From: Candidatus Omnitrophota bacterium
Lineage (GTDB): Bacteria; Omnitrophota; Gorgyraeia; Zapsychrales; JBAZNR01
Reading direction: 5' to 3'
DNA length: 64,000 nt
Assembly (NCBI GenBank): GCA_041649175.1
Contig: JBAZNR010000001.1
Location: 258,332 to 322,331 of the forward strand
Shown one piece after another: positions 1 through 9,257 of the stretch (position 1 is the stretch's first letter; the number at the start of each line of letters is the position of its first letter). The notes beneath the pieces are model-generated. The model did not search any database, had not been told where the DNA came from, and saw only the letters and a program-made list of their open reading frames with translations. A program made the position numbers and the translations under genes.

Positions 1-239
1 ATCCCATCGGCGACGTCAAAACCAAAAACTCTCGACTTTGAAAATGTTTTGGACAATTCCCGCGCCAGCCAACCCGTTCCCATGCCGGCATCTAAAATAC
101 ACAAAGAGTTATTCTCGATCCTTATTTTATTAAGAAGTTTAATACCAATTCTTTTTTGTATATGCGCCGCTTCTTCGTAGCGGGACGCGGCATTAGAAAA
201 TGCCAGCCGCATTTTATTTTTCTGTCTAAGACTGATCAT
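1..239 (-). CDS. bioC: malonyl-[ACP] O-methyltransferase BioC; 5' part only, the gene continues beyond the window start
   Basis: Reverse-strand translation from the ATG at 239 reads MISLRQKNKMRLAFSNAASRYEEAAHIQKRIGIKLLNKIRIENNSLCILDAGMGTGWLARELSKTF... The LDAGMGTG element is class I SAM-MTase motif I. It overlaps the bioH stop by 14 nt and sits beside bioH and bioF. It is absent from the ORF track because it is truncated. Confidence 0.5.
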   Translation of the reverse strand, partial: MISLRQKNKMRLAFSNAASRYEEAAHIQKRIGIKLLNKIRIENNSLCILDAGMGTGWLARELSKTFSKSRVFGFDVADG

Positions 240-1032
240 GTTTTAGAAATCCTTCTAAAATCTTATTAAATTCCTGCGGCCTTGTTAAAAACGGAAAATG
301 GCCGCTTTTATTAATAAACGTTGTTTTTGCCGAAGGAAGTATTCTATTTAGGAACAAAACAGCATCCTTAGAGCAAATATAATCGTCAGTTCCATTCACG
401 AGCAAAACCGGAACATTTATTTTCTTAAAAACATCCCTCAAATCTCCTTCAATTAAAATATCGAGGATCTTTTTTAGAGCTCCTTTTTGAGGGAGGTCGT
501 CTTCTTTGCGAAATTTCATCAGCCACTGCAATTTTCCGTCTTGACGTTCTTCTCGCACAAAAAGTGAACGGAAAAAAATATCTACGATAGCCGGATAATC
601 ACTATCGACTTGCGCGCTTAGATTTTCGATCTGCTTACTATCTAAGCCGAACGGAAAATCTTCCGATTTTAAGAATTTGGGAAGAGAATCGACAAAACAA
701 GAACGCTTAAATAGATTTGGATCAAGCTCAAACATCTTAACACCGATCAATCCTCCGACGGAATTCCCGACAAGATTAACTTTATTCAATCCAAGTTGGC
801 CCACAAGGGCATTGATTCCCTGCGCAATACCTTGAAGCCCAACGTCTTGCCAATCGGTTTTTCCGTGGCCGGGAAGATCTATTGTGATAGTTTTGAATTC
901 GCGGGAGAAATATTCTACTTGCTGATTCCAAATCCGCGAACTCCCGCCCCAGCCATGGAGAAAAATGACCGGCTCGCCTTCGCCGCAAATTTCGTAATGC
1001 CAATTTATGTTTTCAATTCTTAAGAATGGCAT
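226..1032 (-). CDS. bioH: alpha/beta-hydrolase, pimeloyl-ACP methyl ester esterase (BioH-like)
   Basis: 268 aa with an FLHGWGGS oxyanion region and a GNSVGG nucleophile elbow (GxSxG). Its position between bioC and bioF is typical of BioH. Confidence 0.6.
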   Translation of the reverse strand: MPFLRIENINWHYEICGEGEPVIFLHGWGGSSRIWNQQVEYFSREFKTITIDLPGHGKTDWQDVGLQGIAQGINALVGQLGLNKVNLVGNSVGGLIGVKMFELDPNLFKRSCFVDSLPKFLKSEDFPFGLDSKQIENLSAQVDSDYPAIVDIFFRSLFVREERQDGKLQWLMKFRKEDDLPQKGALKKILDILIEGDLRDVFKKINVPVLLVNGTDDYICSKDAVLFLNRILPSAKTTFINKSGHFPFLTRPQEFNKILEGFLKHDQS

Positions 1033-1110
1033 GTTTACTTTAGAGGTATTTTGGGAGTTTTTGAGCGAATTTGGGCCTACCCATGGGCAAAAAACTCACA
1101 AAATGCCCTT

Positions 1111-2262
1111 TTATAATAATTTTCTAAATGCCTTTAACACCAAATCCAAGTCTTCTCTGCTGTGCGTCGCCATAACTGTCACTCGAATCCGTGCGGTATT
1201 TTCCGGTACCGTTGGAGGACGGATAGCTTGCGCAAAAATTCCCTGCTCAAATAATTCTTTTGAAAATTTAACAGCCATTTTAGAATCTTTGACTAAGATC
1301 GGAATTATAGGCGTTTGCGAGCTTACCTCAAACCCTAAATTCTGCAACCCTGCTTTAAGATATTGGGCATTCGCCAAAAGTTTCGCTCGCCGCTGCGGTT
1401 CTTTTTTTATAATGTCAATTGCCGCGCTGGAAGCCGCCGCAACCGACGGCGGCATCGCTGTTGTATAAATAAACGAACGCGCCCGATTTGCTAAGAAATC
1501 GACAAGATCCTTTGAGCCGCAAACATAAGCGCCAAAACTTCCCGCGGCCTTACTTAAAGTTCCCATTTGTATATCAATTTCTTTTTCCAAGCCAAGATGC
1601 TCTGCCGCGCCTTTACCATTTTTTCCTAAAACTCCGAAGGCATGTGCTTCATCAATCATCACCAAACAATGATATTTCCTTGCTAAGGCGACAATTTTAT
1701 CCAATGGCGCAATATCACCGTCCATGCTAAAAACACTATCAGTAACGATCAATTTCTTTTTGTAATTTTGAGAATTTTTTAGGAAACCTTCCAATGCTTC
1801 CATATCACAATGAGGATAACGCTTGAATTCTGCACCACTTAGAAGAATTCCGTCAATGATAGAGGCATGATTGAGTTTGTCGCCAAGAATAATGTCGCCA
1901 CGCCCGCAAAGGCTGGAAATGATCCCGACATTAGCCATATAGCCGGAAGAAAAAACCAAGCACTTCTCTGTTCCCTTAAATTCCGCCAGCTTTTTCTCAA
2001 GCGCTACGTGCGCGTTCATGTTCCCACATACTAAGCGCGACGCGCCGCTTCCAAATCCTTCTTTTTTAAGAGATTCGATGGCGGCTTGAGCCAACCTTGG
2101 ATCATCCGCTAATCCAAGATAATTGTTGGAGCAAAAGTTAAGGACCTCTTTGCCGTCAACGATAATCTTGCGATTCTGAGAGCTGTTCATTTCACGCATA
2201 CTACGCTTTAGACCCTTTGACTCCAGATCCTTCAGAATAGTTTTTATAAAATCCACTTCCAT
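1111..2262 (-). CDS. bioF: 8-amino-7-oxononanoate synthase (class II aminotransferase, KAPA synthase)
   Basis: 383 aa of the PLP-dependent AONS/KBL family, with a GTLSKA PLP-lysine motif and VFSMDGD. It lies in the bio cluster. Confidence 0.75.
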   Translation of the reverse strand: MEVDFIKTILKDLESKGLKRSMREMNSSQNRKIIVDGKEVLNFCSNNYLGLADDPRLAQAAIESLKKEGFGSGASRLVCGNMNAHVALEKKLAEFKGTEKCLVFSSGYMANVGIISSLCGRGDIILGDKLNHASIIDGILLSGAEFKRYPHCDMEALEGFLKNSQNYKKKLIVTDSVFSMDGDIAPLDKIVALARKYHCLVMIDEAHAFGVLGKNGKGAAEHLGLEKEIDIQMGTLSKAAGSFGAYVCGSKDLVDFLANRARSFIYTTAMPPSVAAASSAAIDIIKKEPQRRAKLLANAQYLKAGLQNLGFEVSSQTPIIPILVKDSKMAVKFSKELFEQGIFAQAIRPPTVPENTARIRVTVMATHSREDLDLVLKAFRKLL

Positions 2263-2280
2263 CGGTCAATCGTACTTTCT

Positions 2281-2325
2281 TTATTTAGGCTAAGGTTCAA
2301 CCGTCTAGAACCTTAGTCTAAATAA
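2281..2325. promoter_or_regulatory. 18-bp inverted repeat (one mismatch) separated by 9 bp, about 20 bp upstream of the bioF start; candidate BirA operator (bioO)
   Basis: Left arm TTATTTAGGCTAAGGTTC at 2281-2298 pairs with right arm GAACCTTAGTCTAAATAA at 2308-2325. No flanking T-run, so it is not a typical terminator. It lies between birA (HTH-containing group II BirA) and bioF. Confidence 0.35.
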
Positions 2326-2396
2326 GCCTAAGCTAATTGTCAACTTAGATTGAATATTAGGTTTACGGTAGAAACTGCGGCAGGAACCTTAAATAT

Positions 2397-3353
2397 CTAC
2401 TTAACCACCACAACGTCTCCGGCCATTTTCTTAACAATAACGCCGGAATCTTTGCGGATCAACAGCCCTCCGTCATGGTCAATGTCAACAGCAATGCCTT
2501 CAATAACGCCCGCGGGATCAGCAATGCGCACGCGTTTATGAAGGGTGGCGGAGAGTTCTTTCCATTTCTTAGCAACAGGCTCAAATCCGCTGCTTTGAAA
2601 CAACAAATACCACTTCTCTATCTCACGTAATATCTCTTTAGCTAGATCAACGCGAGAAACCGGATGTTTATTCTCAGCCAGAATTGATGTTGCCCCAGGG
2701 ACCAGCTGATCTAATTTCGCGTTAACATTGATACCGATCCCGACAATAACAAATTTCACTCGATCTATTTCCGCACTGATCTCTGTTAAGATCCCGGCAA
2801 GCTTTTTATGATGAACCAAAATATCATTGGGCCATTTAATAAGAGCTGAAATATTTGAAGTATTCTTAACGGCCTGGCTTACCGCTACACCGGTTAAAAG
2901 CGTTAATTGTGCGGCTTGCGTAGGATTTAACTGCGGACGCAATATCACCGACATGTAAATACCTTTTCCTTTAGGAGAAAACCATGCCCTGCCCAATCGC
3001 CCGCGTCCTTTGCTTTGTCCATCGGAGAAAACGACCGTTCCTTCAGGAGCTCCGTCCACGCCTTTTTGAAACGCCAAATCCATCGTCGACGAACATGTTT
3101 CGTGATATTCGATCTTCTTCCCTAAGATCTTTGTATGAAGATTGTGCTGAATTTCGTAAGAAAATAATTTGTCCGGAGAAGAGGCTAATTTATACCCCAA
3201 ATGAGGGACAGCAACGATGTCATAACCGATGTGGCGAAGCTCTTGGATGTATTTCCAGATCGCCGCACGGCTGATCTTTAGCTGCTCGCTGATTTCCTCT
3301 CCAGAAAAATAACCGTCGTGGTCTTTTAAGACCTGAATGATCTTTTCTTGCAC
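2397..3353 (-). CDS. birA: bifunctional biotin-[acetyl-CoA-carboxylase] ligase / biotin operon repressor BirA
   Basis: 318 aa. N-terminal HTH (GEEISEQLKISRAAIWKYIQEL), a central BPL catalytic domain (GRGRLGRAWFSPKGKGIY) and a C-terminal SH3-like tail. Confidence 0.85.
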   Translation of the reverse strand: MQEKIIQVLKDHDGYFSGEEISEQLKISRAAIWKYIQELRHIGYDIVAVPHLGYKLASSPDKLFSYEIQHNLHTKILGKKIEYHETCSSTMDLAFQKGVDGAPEGTVVFSDGQSKGRGRLGRAWFSPKGKGIYMSVILRPQLNPTQAAQLTLLTGVAVSQAVKNTSNISALIKWPNDILVHHKKLAGILTEISAEIDRVKFVIVGIGINVNAKLDQLVPGATSILAENKHPVSRVDLAKEILREIEKWYLLFQSSGFEPVAKKWKELSATLHKRVRIADPAGVIEGIAVDIDHDGGLLIRKDSGVIVKKMAGDVVVVK

Positions 3354-4511
3354 TTAGCTTTTCCCTGATTTTAATTTTCTTAAGCTTGCGATTATTTTCG
3401 GAAGCTGTTCCAGCAAATAATCCACCTCTTCGCTTGTGGTCCATCGCCCCAAGCTAAGACGCAAAGACCCAAGGGCTAATTCATCTGATACCCCAATTGC
3501 CTTTAGAACATGGGAGGCTTCCATCGCACCGGACGTACAAGCCGAGCCCATCGAAGCATGAATGCCCGCCATATCTAAGCTCATTAAAAGCGCCTCGCCG
3601 TCTATGCCAGAAAAAGAAAAATTCACAATATTAGAAAGCCTTTGTGCCGGATGGCCGTTTAAACGGCAATGCTCAATGTGTTTAGGAATTTCGTAAATTA
3701 ACCGGTCGTGTAGTGCGATTTGGATTTTGACATCGCTATCCATACGCTGTTTTAATAATTCCACTGCTTTCCCAAGCCCGACGATACCGGGCGTATTTTG
3801 GGTGGAAGCGCGACGCCCTCTTTCTTGCCCACCGCCAATAAGAAAACTGGGTAATTTAACACCTTTGCGGACAAATAAAAAACCGACACCTTTGGGCCCA
3901 TAAAATTTATGCGCCGAAGCTGACAGTAAATCAACGTTTAGGTCTTTGACATTGACCGTCGTGCGCCCCAAGGCTTGAACCGCGTCACAGTGAAATAATA
4001 TCTTTTGTTCACGCGCTATTTTTCCTATTTGCGCGATAGACTGGATAACGCCGATCTCATTATTGGCGTGCATAACCGATATCAGAATGGTTTTATCCGT
4101 TATGGCTGCTTTAATATCGTCCGGATTGATAAGGCCATAATGATCCACGCCCACAAAAGTTATTTTAAATCCATCTTTTTGTAGTTCTAGCAGCGCTTCA
4201 CTGACAGAATGATGTTCAATAGCCGATGCAATGATGTGATTGCCTTTTGAGCGTAAGGCGCGCGCCGCGCCAAAGATCGCGTGATTGTTTGATTCCGTTG
4301 CTCCAGATGTAAAAATGATCTCATCCAGCCCGGCATTGATAAAAGATGCCGTTAGTTGGCGCGCATCTTCTATAGATTGCTTAGCTTCGCGGCCGATTTC
4401 GTGTGGACTAGAGGCATTGCCGAATTTTTCAAAAAAGAATGGCCGCATCGCCTCCAAAACTAGGGGATCGGTCGGTGTTGTCGCGGCATAATCAAAATAG
4501 GCTTTATTCAT
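3354..4511 (-). CDS. cysteine desulfurase (NifS/IscS family, class V aminotransferase)
   Basis: 385 aa with SASAHKFYGPKGVGFLFV (PLP lysine) and SMGSACTSG (active-site Cys loop). Its start abuts the birA stop, which suggests translational coupling. Confidence 0.85.
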   Translation of the reverse strand: MNKAYFDYAATTPTDPLVLEAMRPFFFEKFGNASSPHEIGREAKQSIEDARQLTASFINAGLDEIIFTSGATESNNHAIFGAARALRSKGNHIIASAIEHHSVSEALLELQKDGFKITFVGVDHYGLINPDDIKAAITDKTILISVMHANNEIGVIQSIAQIGKIAREQKILFHCDAVQALGRTTVNVKDLNVDLLSASAHKFYGPKGVGFLFVRKGVKLPSFLIGGGQERGRRASTQNTPGIVGLGKAVELLKQRMDSDVKIQIALHDRLIYEIPKHIEHCRLNGHPAQRLSNIVNFSFSGIDGEALLMSLDMAGIHASMGSACTSGAMEASHVLKAIGVSDELALGSLRLSLGRWTTSEEVDYLLEQLPKIIASLRKLKSGKS

Positions 4512-4583
4512 AGGAAGCTTTCGATGAGAAATTTAGTTCAAATATAACGATTTTTGAAATGGATGTCAATGGCCCAAGGTTAC

Positions 4584-4634
4584 GATAAAATACAAGCGCC
4601 CCTGCGCCGAATATTACGGCGCAGGGGCGCTTTA
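4584..4634 (-). terminator. rho-independent terminator downstream of the 4655..5119 gene
   Basis: GC-rich hairpin AGCGCCCCTGCGCCG-loop-GGCGCAGGGGCGCT. On the minus strand it is followed by a U-rich run; the plus-strand sequence 4586-4594 is AAAATACAA. Confidence 0.6.
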
Positions 4635-4654
4635 CTAAGTTTAAGCCAAAACCC

Positions 4655-5119
4655 TTACTTTGAAACTGATTCTAACTCTTTTTTAGCCACATCCACGCGC
4701 GGTAATTTTCCGTTACCTTTTTTGACCGTCACGGTATGATAATTCGTATCTGTCTTAAAATAATCCATCCCGCGCTCGATATATTGCTGATCGATTTTTT
4801 TCGGTTCGAAAAACTTCTTGCACAGATCTTTCGCGCGTTCAACATCGAACCATTTACAGCAATATACATCAACGGAAATATAATTTTTTGGTGTCAGCGT
4901 ATGAATAACAATGGAACTTTCTATTAGGGGCGCCCATCCCGATAATCCCGCTTTATCAGGAAAACGCGTCGCATCGCTTCTAAAGATATTCGGCGGAGCC
5001 TGCTTTTCCATCCCCAAATCCGTTACAATGTCGTCTAGGAATTGATAGCACAACGTTAAGTCATCACAAGCGCCGGGTTTGCAGTTATAGAGATCCAAAA
5101 GAAGTTGATATCCAAACAC
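4655..5119 (-). CDS. pyruvoyl-dependent S-adenosylmethionine decarboxylase proenzyme-like protein (SpeH/AdoMetDC family)
   Basis: 154 aa. LIESSIVIHTLTPKNYISVDVYCC resembles the AdoMetDC self-cleavage/pyruvoyl region (..ES(H/S)..IHTWPE...D.F.C). Confidence 0.5.
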   Translation of the reverse strand: MFGYQLLLDLYNCKPGACDDLTLCYQFLDDIVTDLGMEKQAPPNIFRSDATRFPDKAGLSGWAPLIESSIVIHTLTPKNYISVDVYCCKWFDVERAKDLCKKFFEPKKIDQQYIERGMDYFKTDTNYHTVTVKKGNGKLPRVDVAKKELESVSK

Positions 5120-5259
5120 TTCATTCTTAGCTGTTGCGGTCTTAATCGGAGTCCTCCTTTTTCGCCTTAGCGAAAGTTAAATAATGAATGACTATTTATA
5201 GTTTTATACTAAATATTGCGCAATGCAATAAAAACTTTACTTTTTTGGCTGTCTTAAAA

Positions 5260-5460
5260 TCAAAATCTTAAGACAAATACCGTGATGATGATCAATGTGA
5301 TAAGGGCAAGAAAGAACCAAACAACTTTTTTGTTTGAATACCGTATTTTCCCTAGAAACCCGTCACCCGAACGCCCTAAGCTTTCCCCGCAAAAATGACA
5401 CAACAGAGCTTCTTCGTCATAGATCGGATTTTTACAATGAGGGCATCTGTATTCAGGCAT
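5260..5460 (-). CDS. small zinc-ribbon protein with a C-terminal transmembrane helix
   Basis: 66 aa with a CPHC...CHFC four-Cys ribbon, then FFLALITLIIITVFVL. No clear SD. A short hairpin GTCTTAA...TTAAGAC lies at its 3' end. Confidence 0.4.
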   Translation of the reverse strand: MPEYRCPHCKNPIYDEEALLCHFCGESLGRSGDGFLGKIRYSNKKVVWFFLALITLIIITVFVLRF

Positions 5461-5646
5461 AAAAATTTGATGGTGAAATTATGCCACGAAACATAAATTA
5501 GTCAATATTTTTCTAAGCCTAAGCCTCATCTTTTTATTTGCATTTTATTTTAAAGTGTTTTAAGATGACATCGGTTTTTGCCGCCGTTTTCCTAATTATT
5601 TACATTCAAGATCATTCTCACAATATCCACTCATCAGGAGAATCTT

Positions 5647-5847
5647 ATGAAAATTATTTTAAATGGGCAAGCCAAAGAAATTGCGGCCGCGTCTAATTTA
5701 AAGCATATCATTGAACAGTTTTGCCAGGATGCTAACCACGTGATCGCTGAGCTTAACGGCGAGATTGTCCGCAAACAACATTGGGACGGTCAATCCATTA
5801 AAGACGGCGACCGCTTAGAACTTGTTAATTTCGTTGGGGGCGGATAA
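5647..5847 (+). CDS. thiS: sulfur carrier protein ThiS
   Basis: 66 aa ending in a GG C-terminus (VNFVGGG). It is followed by thiG. Confidence 0.8.
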   Translation: MKIILNGQAKEIAAASNLKHIIEQFCQDANHVIAELNGEIVRKQHWDGQSIKDGDRLELVNFVGGG

Positions 5848-5852
5848 AGCGA

Positions 5853-6647
5853 ATGGATATTAGAGAAGCAACGCAAGACACGCCCCTTACGATAGCCGGA
5901 AAAACTTTTACCAGCCGTTTTCTTCTGGGAACAGGAAAATTTAAAAGTAAAAACGATCTAAAGGAATCTATTCTTTCTTCCGGATCGCAGATCGTTACGG
6001 TAGCACTGCGTCGTATTGACCTGGAACGCCACGAAGAAAATATTTTAGAGTATATTCCCGATGGAGTTACGCTTTTAGTCAATACTTCCGGCGCGCGCAA
6101 CGCCAAAGAAGCTCTTCGCATCGCGCAACTTGCCCGAGAATCCGGCTGTGGGAATTGGATCAAGATTGAAGTCATCAGTGATAGTAAATACCTTTTGCCG
6201 GACAATACCGAAACCGTTAAGGCAACGGAACTTTTAGTCAAAGACGGCTTTGTCGTTTTCCCTTATATGTATCCTGATCTATATATAGCGCGCGATTTGG
6301 CAAAAGCAGGTGCCGCTACCATTATGCCATTAGGTTCTCTGATCGGCAGTAATCAAGGTTTAAAAGCAAAAGAATTCATTCAGATCCTTATTGACGAAAT
6401 TGACCTTCCTATTATTGTCGATGCCGGAATAGGACGCCCGTCGCAAGCCGCCGAGGCCATGGAAATGGGAGCTGCGGCTGTTTTAGTCAATACGGCCGTT
6501 GCAACCGCGCAATACCCCGCCGAATTAGCAAAAGCCTTTTCTTTGGCCGTTGAAGCCGGACGCCTTGCCTACCTTAGCAAAATGCCAAACCAAAGAAATA
6601 TCGCCGACGCTTCGTCTCCTTTAACCGGATTTTTGTACGAATCATGA
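5853..6647 (+). CDS. thiG: thiazole synthase ThiG
   Basis: 264 aa; [18 protein letters not shown] is a typical ThiG N-terminus, with a TIM-barrel Schiff-base lysine region. Confidence 0.85.
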   Translation: MDIREATQDTPLTIAGKTFTSRFLLGTGKFKSKNDLKESILSSGSQIVTVALRRIDLERHEENILEYIPDGVTLLVNTSGARNAKEALRIAQLARESGCGNWIKIEVISDSKYLLPDNTETVKATELLVKDGFVVFPYMYPDLYIARDLAKAGAATIMPLGSLIGSNQGLKAKEFIQILIDEIDLPIIVDAGIGRPSQAAEAMEMGAAAVLVNTAVATAQYPAELAKAFSLAVEAGRLAYLSKMPNQRNIADASSPLTGFLYES

Positions 6648-7666
6648 TCACTTTAAAAGAATTAAAAGATATTCTGGATGATCAAGATCCGGAATTTCTA
6701 GAAGATTTAGCGCGCAGGGCCAAGGAAGTTAAAGAACATTATTTCGGCCGCGCCATCGCTTTATACGCCCCGCTTTATCTTTCTAATTATTGCAGCAGCC
6801 ATTGCACCTATTGTGGATTTCACAGCCATAATAAAATTAAACGCATCAAATTAACTCCCCTGCAAATGCATACAGAAATGCGTTATGTGGCAAAGATAGG
6901 CATCGAAAATATTCTGCTTTTAACCGGAGAATCCTACAAGGCAACGCCTTTATCTTATTTGAAAGAAGCCGTTGATATCGCGAAGGGATATTTTTCCAGC
7001 ATTTCTTTAGAAGTCCATCCTATGGACGAAGAAGAATATCGAGAGCTTTATGTAAACGGTGTCGACGGCATAGCGATCTATCAAGAAACCTACGACCGGC
7101 AGCGTTACGCGCAAGTCCATTTATCGGGAAAGAAAAAAGATTACGACTATCGTCACGGCGCGCCTCAAAGGATCGCCCGTGCGGGGATCCGCAGCATTTC
7201 ACTTGGAATTCTTTTAGGGTTATCAGATACGACGCAAGACCTTTATGCCTTATATGAACATTTAAGTTCTATGGAAAAAGATTTTCCGGCTGTTGAATAC
7301 AGCGTTTCTTTTCCAAGATTGCGCACTATTAAAGGAATGGGATTCGCGCCCTGCGACATTTCTGACGCGCTTTTAGTAAAGATCATTTGTTTGACACGGA
7401 TCCTTTTCCCTCGTGTCGGTATTAATTTATCCACCCGTGAAAACTCACGGTTACGCGACCACGCGCTTGAAATTGGCGTCACCAAGATCTCCGCCGCATC
7501 CAAAACTTCCGTCGGAGGATACACAGCCACCGACCCCGAAGAGCTTGACCCGCAATTCGACATTCAAGACGACCGTTCGGTTGCGGAAGTTGTTTTAAGC
7601 CTAAAAAAAAGAGGGTTTGACCCTGTTTTTACCGATTGGCGAAGGATTGAAAATGAACGTTTTTGA
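6644..7666 (+). CDS. thiH: 2-iminoacetate synthase ThiH (radical SAM tyrosine lyase)
   Basis: 340 aa with a [10 protein letters not shown] radical-SAM cysteine triad (CxxxCxxC). Overlaps thiG by 4 nt within the thiS-thiG-thiF context. Confidence 0.75.
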   Translation: MITLKELKDILDDQDPEFLEDLARRAKEVKEHYFGRAIALYAPLYLSNYCSSHCTYCGFHSHNKIKRIKLTPLQMHTEMRYVAKIGIENILLLTGESYKATPLSYLKEAVDIAKGYFSSISLEVHPMDEEEYRELYVNGVDGIAIYQETYDRQRYAQVHLSGKKKDYDYRHGAPQRIARAGIRSISLGILLGLSDTTQDLYALYEHLSSMEKDFPAVEYSVSFPRLRTIKGMGFAPCDISDALLVKIICLTRILFPRVGINLSTRENSRLRDHALEIGVTKISAASKTSVGGYTATDPEELDPQFDIQDDRSVAEVVLSLKKRGFDPVFTDWRRIENERF

Positions 7667-8258
7667 CGAAGGGCTTTTGCGCTACCTAAAACCCGAGCAG
7701 CTTTCCAAGATCCGCGCGCTTAAGATCGGCATCGGCGGTGCCGGCGGCTTAGGGTCAAATTTGGCTGTGATGTTGGCGCGCAGCGGTTTTTCTCATTTTG
7801 AGATCTTAGATTTTGATGTCATTGAGCCGTCAAATTTAAACCGGCAACAATATTTTTTAGATGAAGTCGGAAAACCTAAAGTAGACATTTTGACAGATCG
7901 TCTTTTACAGATCAATCCTGAGATCCGCGTTATAACGCATAAAATGCGATGGAATGAAGAAAACGGACAGAAATTTTTTACCGGTTGCACTTTTATTGCC
8001 GAGGCCTTTGATCAGGCTATCTGGAAAAGGGATTTTGTCGAATTTTACCAAAATAAAACAAAATATATTGTTAGCGGTATTGGCATGGCGGGAATTTCTG
8101 TTGGACGCCCGATGGAAGTAAAAAAGGTTGGAAATATTTATTTTGTCGGCGACCGCACAACAGATTCGACAAAAGGACACCCGCCTATGGCACCGAGGGT
8201 CACCATGTGCGCGGCCATGATGGCAGAAATTATTTTAGATTTAACGCTTCAGGAATAA
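7653..8258 (+). CDS. thiF: ThiF/MoeB-family sulfur-carrier adenylyltransferase (E1-like)
   Basis: IGIGGAGGLGSNLAVMLARSG nucleotide-binding glycine-rich loop and FDVIEPSNLNRQ motif. The ORF track starts at 7617; I prefer the internal ATG at 7653 because an AAGGA SD lies 6 nt upstream. Confidence 0.75.
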   Translation: MNVFDEGLLRYLKPEQLSKIRALKIGIGGAGGLGSNLAVMLARSGFSHFEILDFDVIEPSNLNRQQYFLDEVGKPKVDILTDRLLQINPEIRVITHKMRWNEENGQKFFTGCTFIAEAFDQAIWKRDFVEFYQNKTKYIVSGIGMAGISVGRPMEVKKVGNIYFVGDRTTDSTKGHPPMAPRVTMCAAMMAEIILDLTLQE

Positions 8259-8277
8259 TTGTCAGAAAACTAAAGAA

Positions 8278-8312
8278 GGCGCCCCGACAAAATGTCGGGG
8301 CGCCTTTTCATT
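8278..8312. terminator. bidirectional rho-independent terminator between convergent thiF and cysK
   Basis: GGCGCCCCGAC-AAAA-GTCGGGGCGCC hairpin followed by TTTTCATTTTCTATTTTT. Confidence 0.75.
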
Positions 8313-8324
8313 TTCTATTTTTAT

Positions 8325-9257
8325 TTATCCGCGATATTCGGCAAATAGATCCGTACTTAAATACCGTTCGCCTGTGCTTGGCAAAATAACAACGACCAAT
8401 TTCCCTTTATTTTCCGCACGCTTCGCAATTTGCAATGCCGCCACAACCGCCGCTCCCGACGAAATACCAGCTAAGAGCCCTTCTTCTTTGATAAGCCTTT
8501 TGGCCATGGCAAAAGCTTCATCATTATCTACTTGAATAATTTCATCGATGATCTTTGTATTTAAAATTCCCGGAACAAATCCCGCGCCAATTCCCTGGAT
8601 TTTATGCGGACCCGGTTTGCCGCCAGAAAGAACCGGAGAACCCTTAGGTTCAATGGCGATCGCCTTAAAAGAGGGCTTGCGCTCTTTAATAACTTCCGCG
8701 ATACCCGTAATTGTTCCGCCGGTACCGATACCGGAAACAAGAAAATCCACTTTTCCGTCGGTATCTTTCCATATCTCTTCGGCTGTTGTCTTGCGATGAA
8801 TTTCCGGATTGGCAGGATTTTCAAATTGTTGGGGTACAAAATATTTTTTTTCAGATTGCGCTAATTCATTGGCTTTGGCAACCGCTCCTCGCATTCCTTC
8901 TGACCCAGGGGTTAAAATAATTTCCGCGCCCAAGGCTCGTAAAAGTGCGCGACGCTCTAAACTCATTGTTTCCGGCATGGTCAAGATCAATTTATAGCCG
9001 CGGACAGCGCACACAAAAGCCAAAGCAATACCGGTATTGCCCGATGTCGGCTCAACAATGATCGTATCTTTCTGGATCTTCCCCGCTTTTTCCGCCGCTT
9101 GGATCATGCTAAAACCAATGCGGTCTTTGACAGAGCCTAGCGGATTATAAAACTCTAATTTGGCCACAACTTCGGCAGCACAACCGCTTGCGACCTTGTT
9201 AAGTCTCACCAACGGTGTTTTTCCGATCAATTCTGTAACATCATTCGCGATATTCAT
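8325..9257 (-). CDS. cysK: cysteine synthase A (O-acetylserine sulfhydrylase)
   Basis: 310 aa with SVKDRIG (PLP lysine), TSGNTG and GIGTGGT motifs. Confidence 0.85.
   Translation of the reverse strand: MNIANDVTELIGKTPLVRLNKVASGCAAEVVAKLEFYNPLGSVKDRIGFSMIQAAEKAGKIQKDTIIVEPTSGNTGIALAFVCAVRGYKLILTMPETMSLERRALLRALGAEIILTPGSEGMRGAVAKANELAQSEKKYFVPQQFENPANPEIHRKTTAEEIWKDTDGKVDFLVSGIGTGGTITGIAEVIKERKPSFKAIAIEPKGSPVLSGGKPGPHKIQGIGAGFVPGILNTKIIDEIIQVDNDEAFAMAKRLIKEEGLLAGISSGAAVVAALQIAKRAENKGKLVVVILPSTGERYLSTDLFAEYRG

Noticed and set aside
782-1468. Overlapping small ORFs 782..1003(-), 796..1023(+) and 1007..1468(+) inside or antisense to bioH and bioF.
   Set aside because: They lie fully within strongly supported genes on the other frame or strand and have Arg/Pro-rich, non-protein-like composition.
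5461-5646. Expected a TPP (THI-box) riboswitch upstream of thiS.
   Set aside because: No conserved THI-box core sequences are visible by eye. Reported as an absence needing cmsearch, not as a feature.
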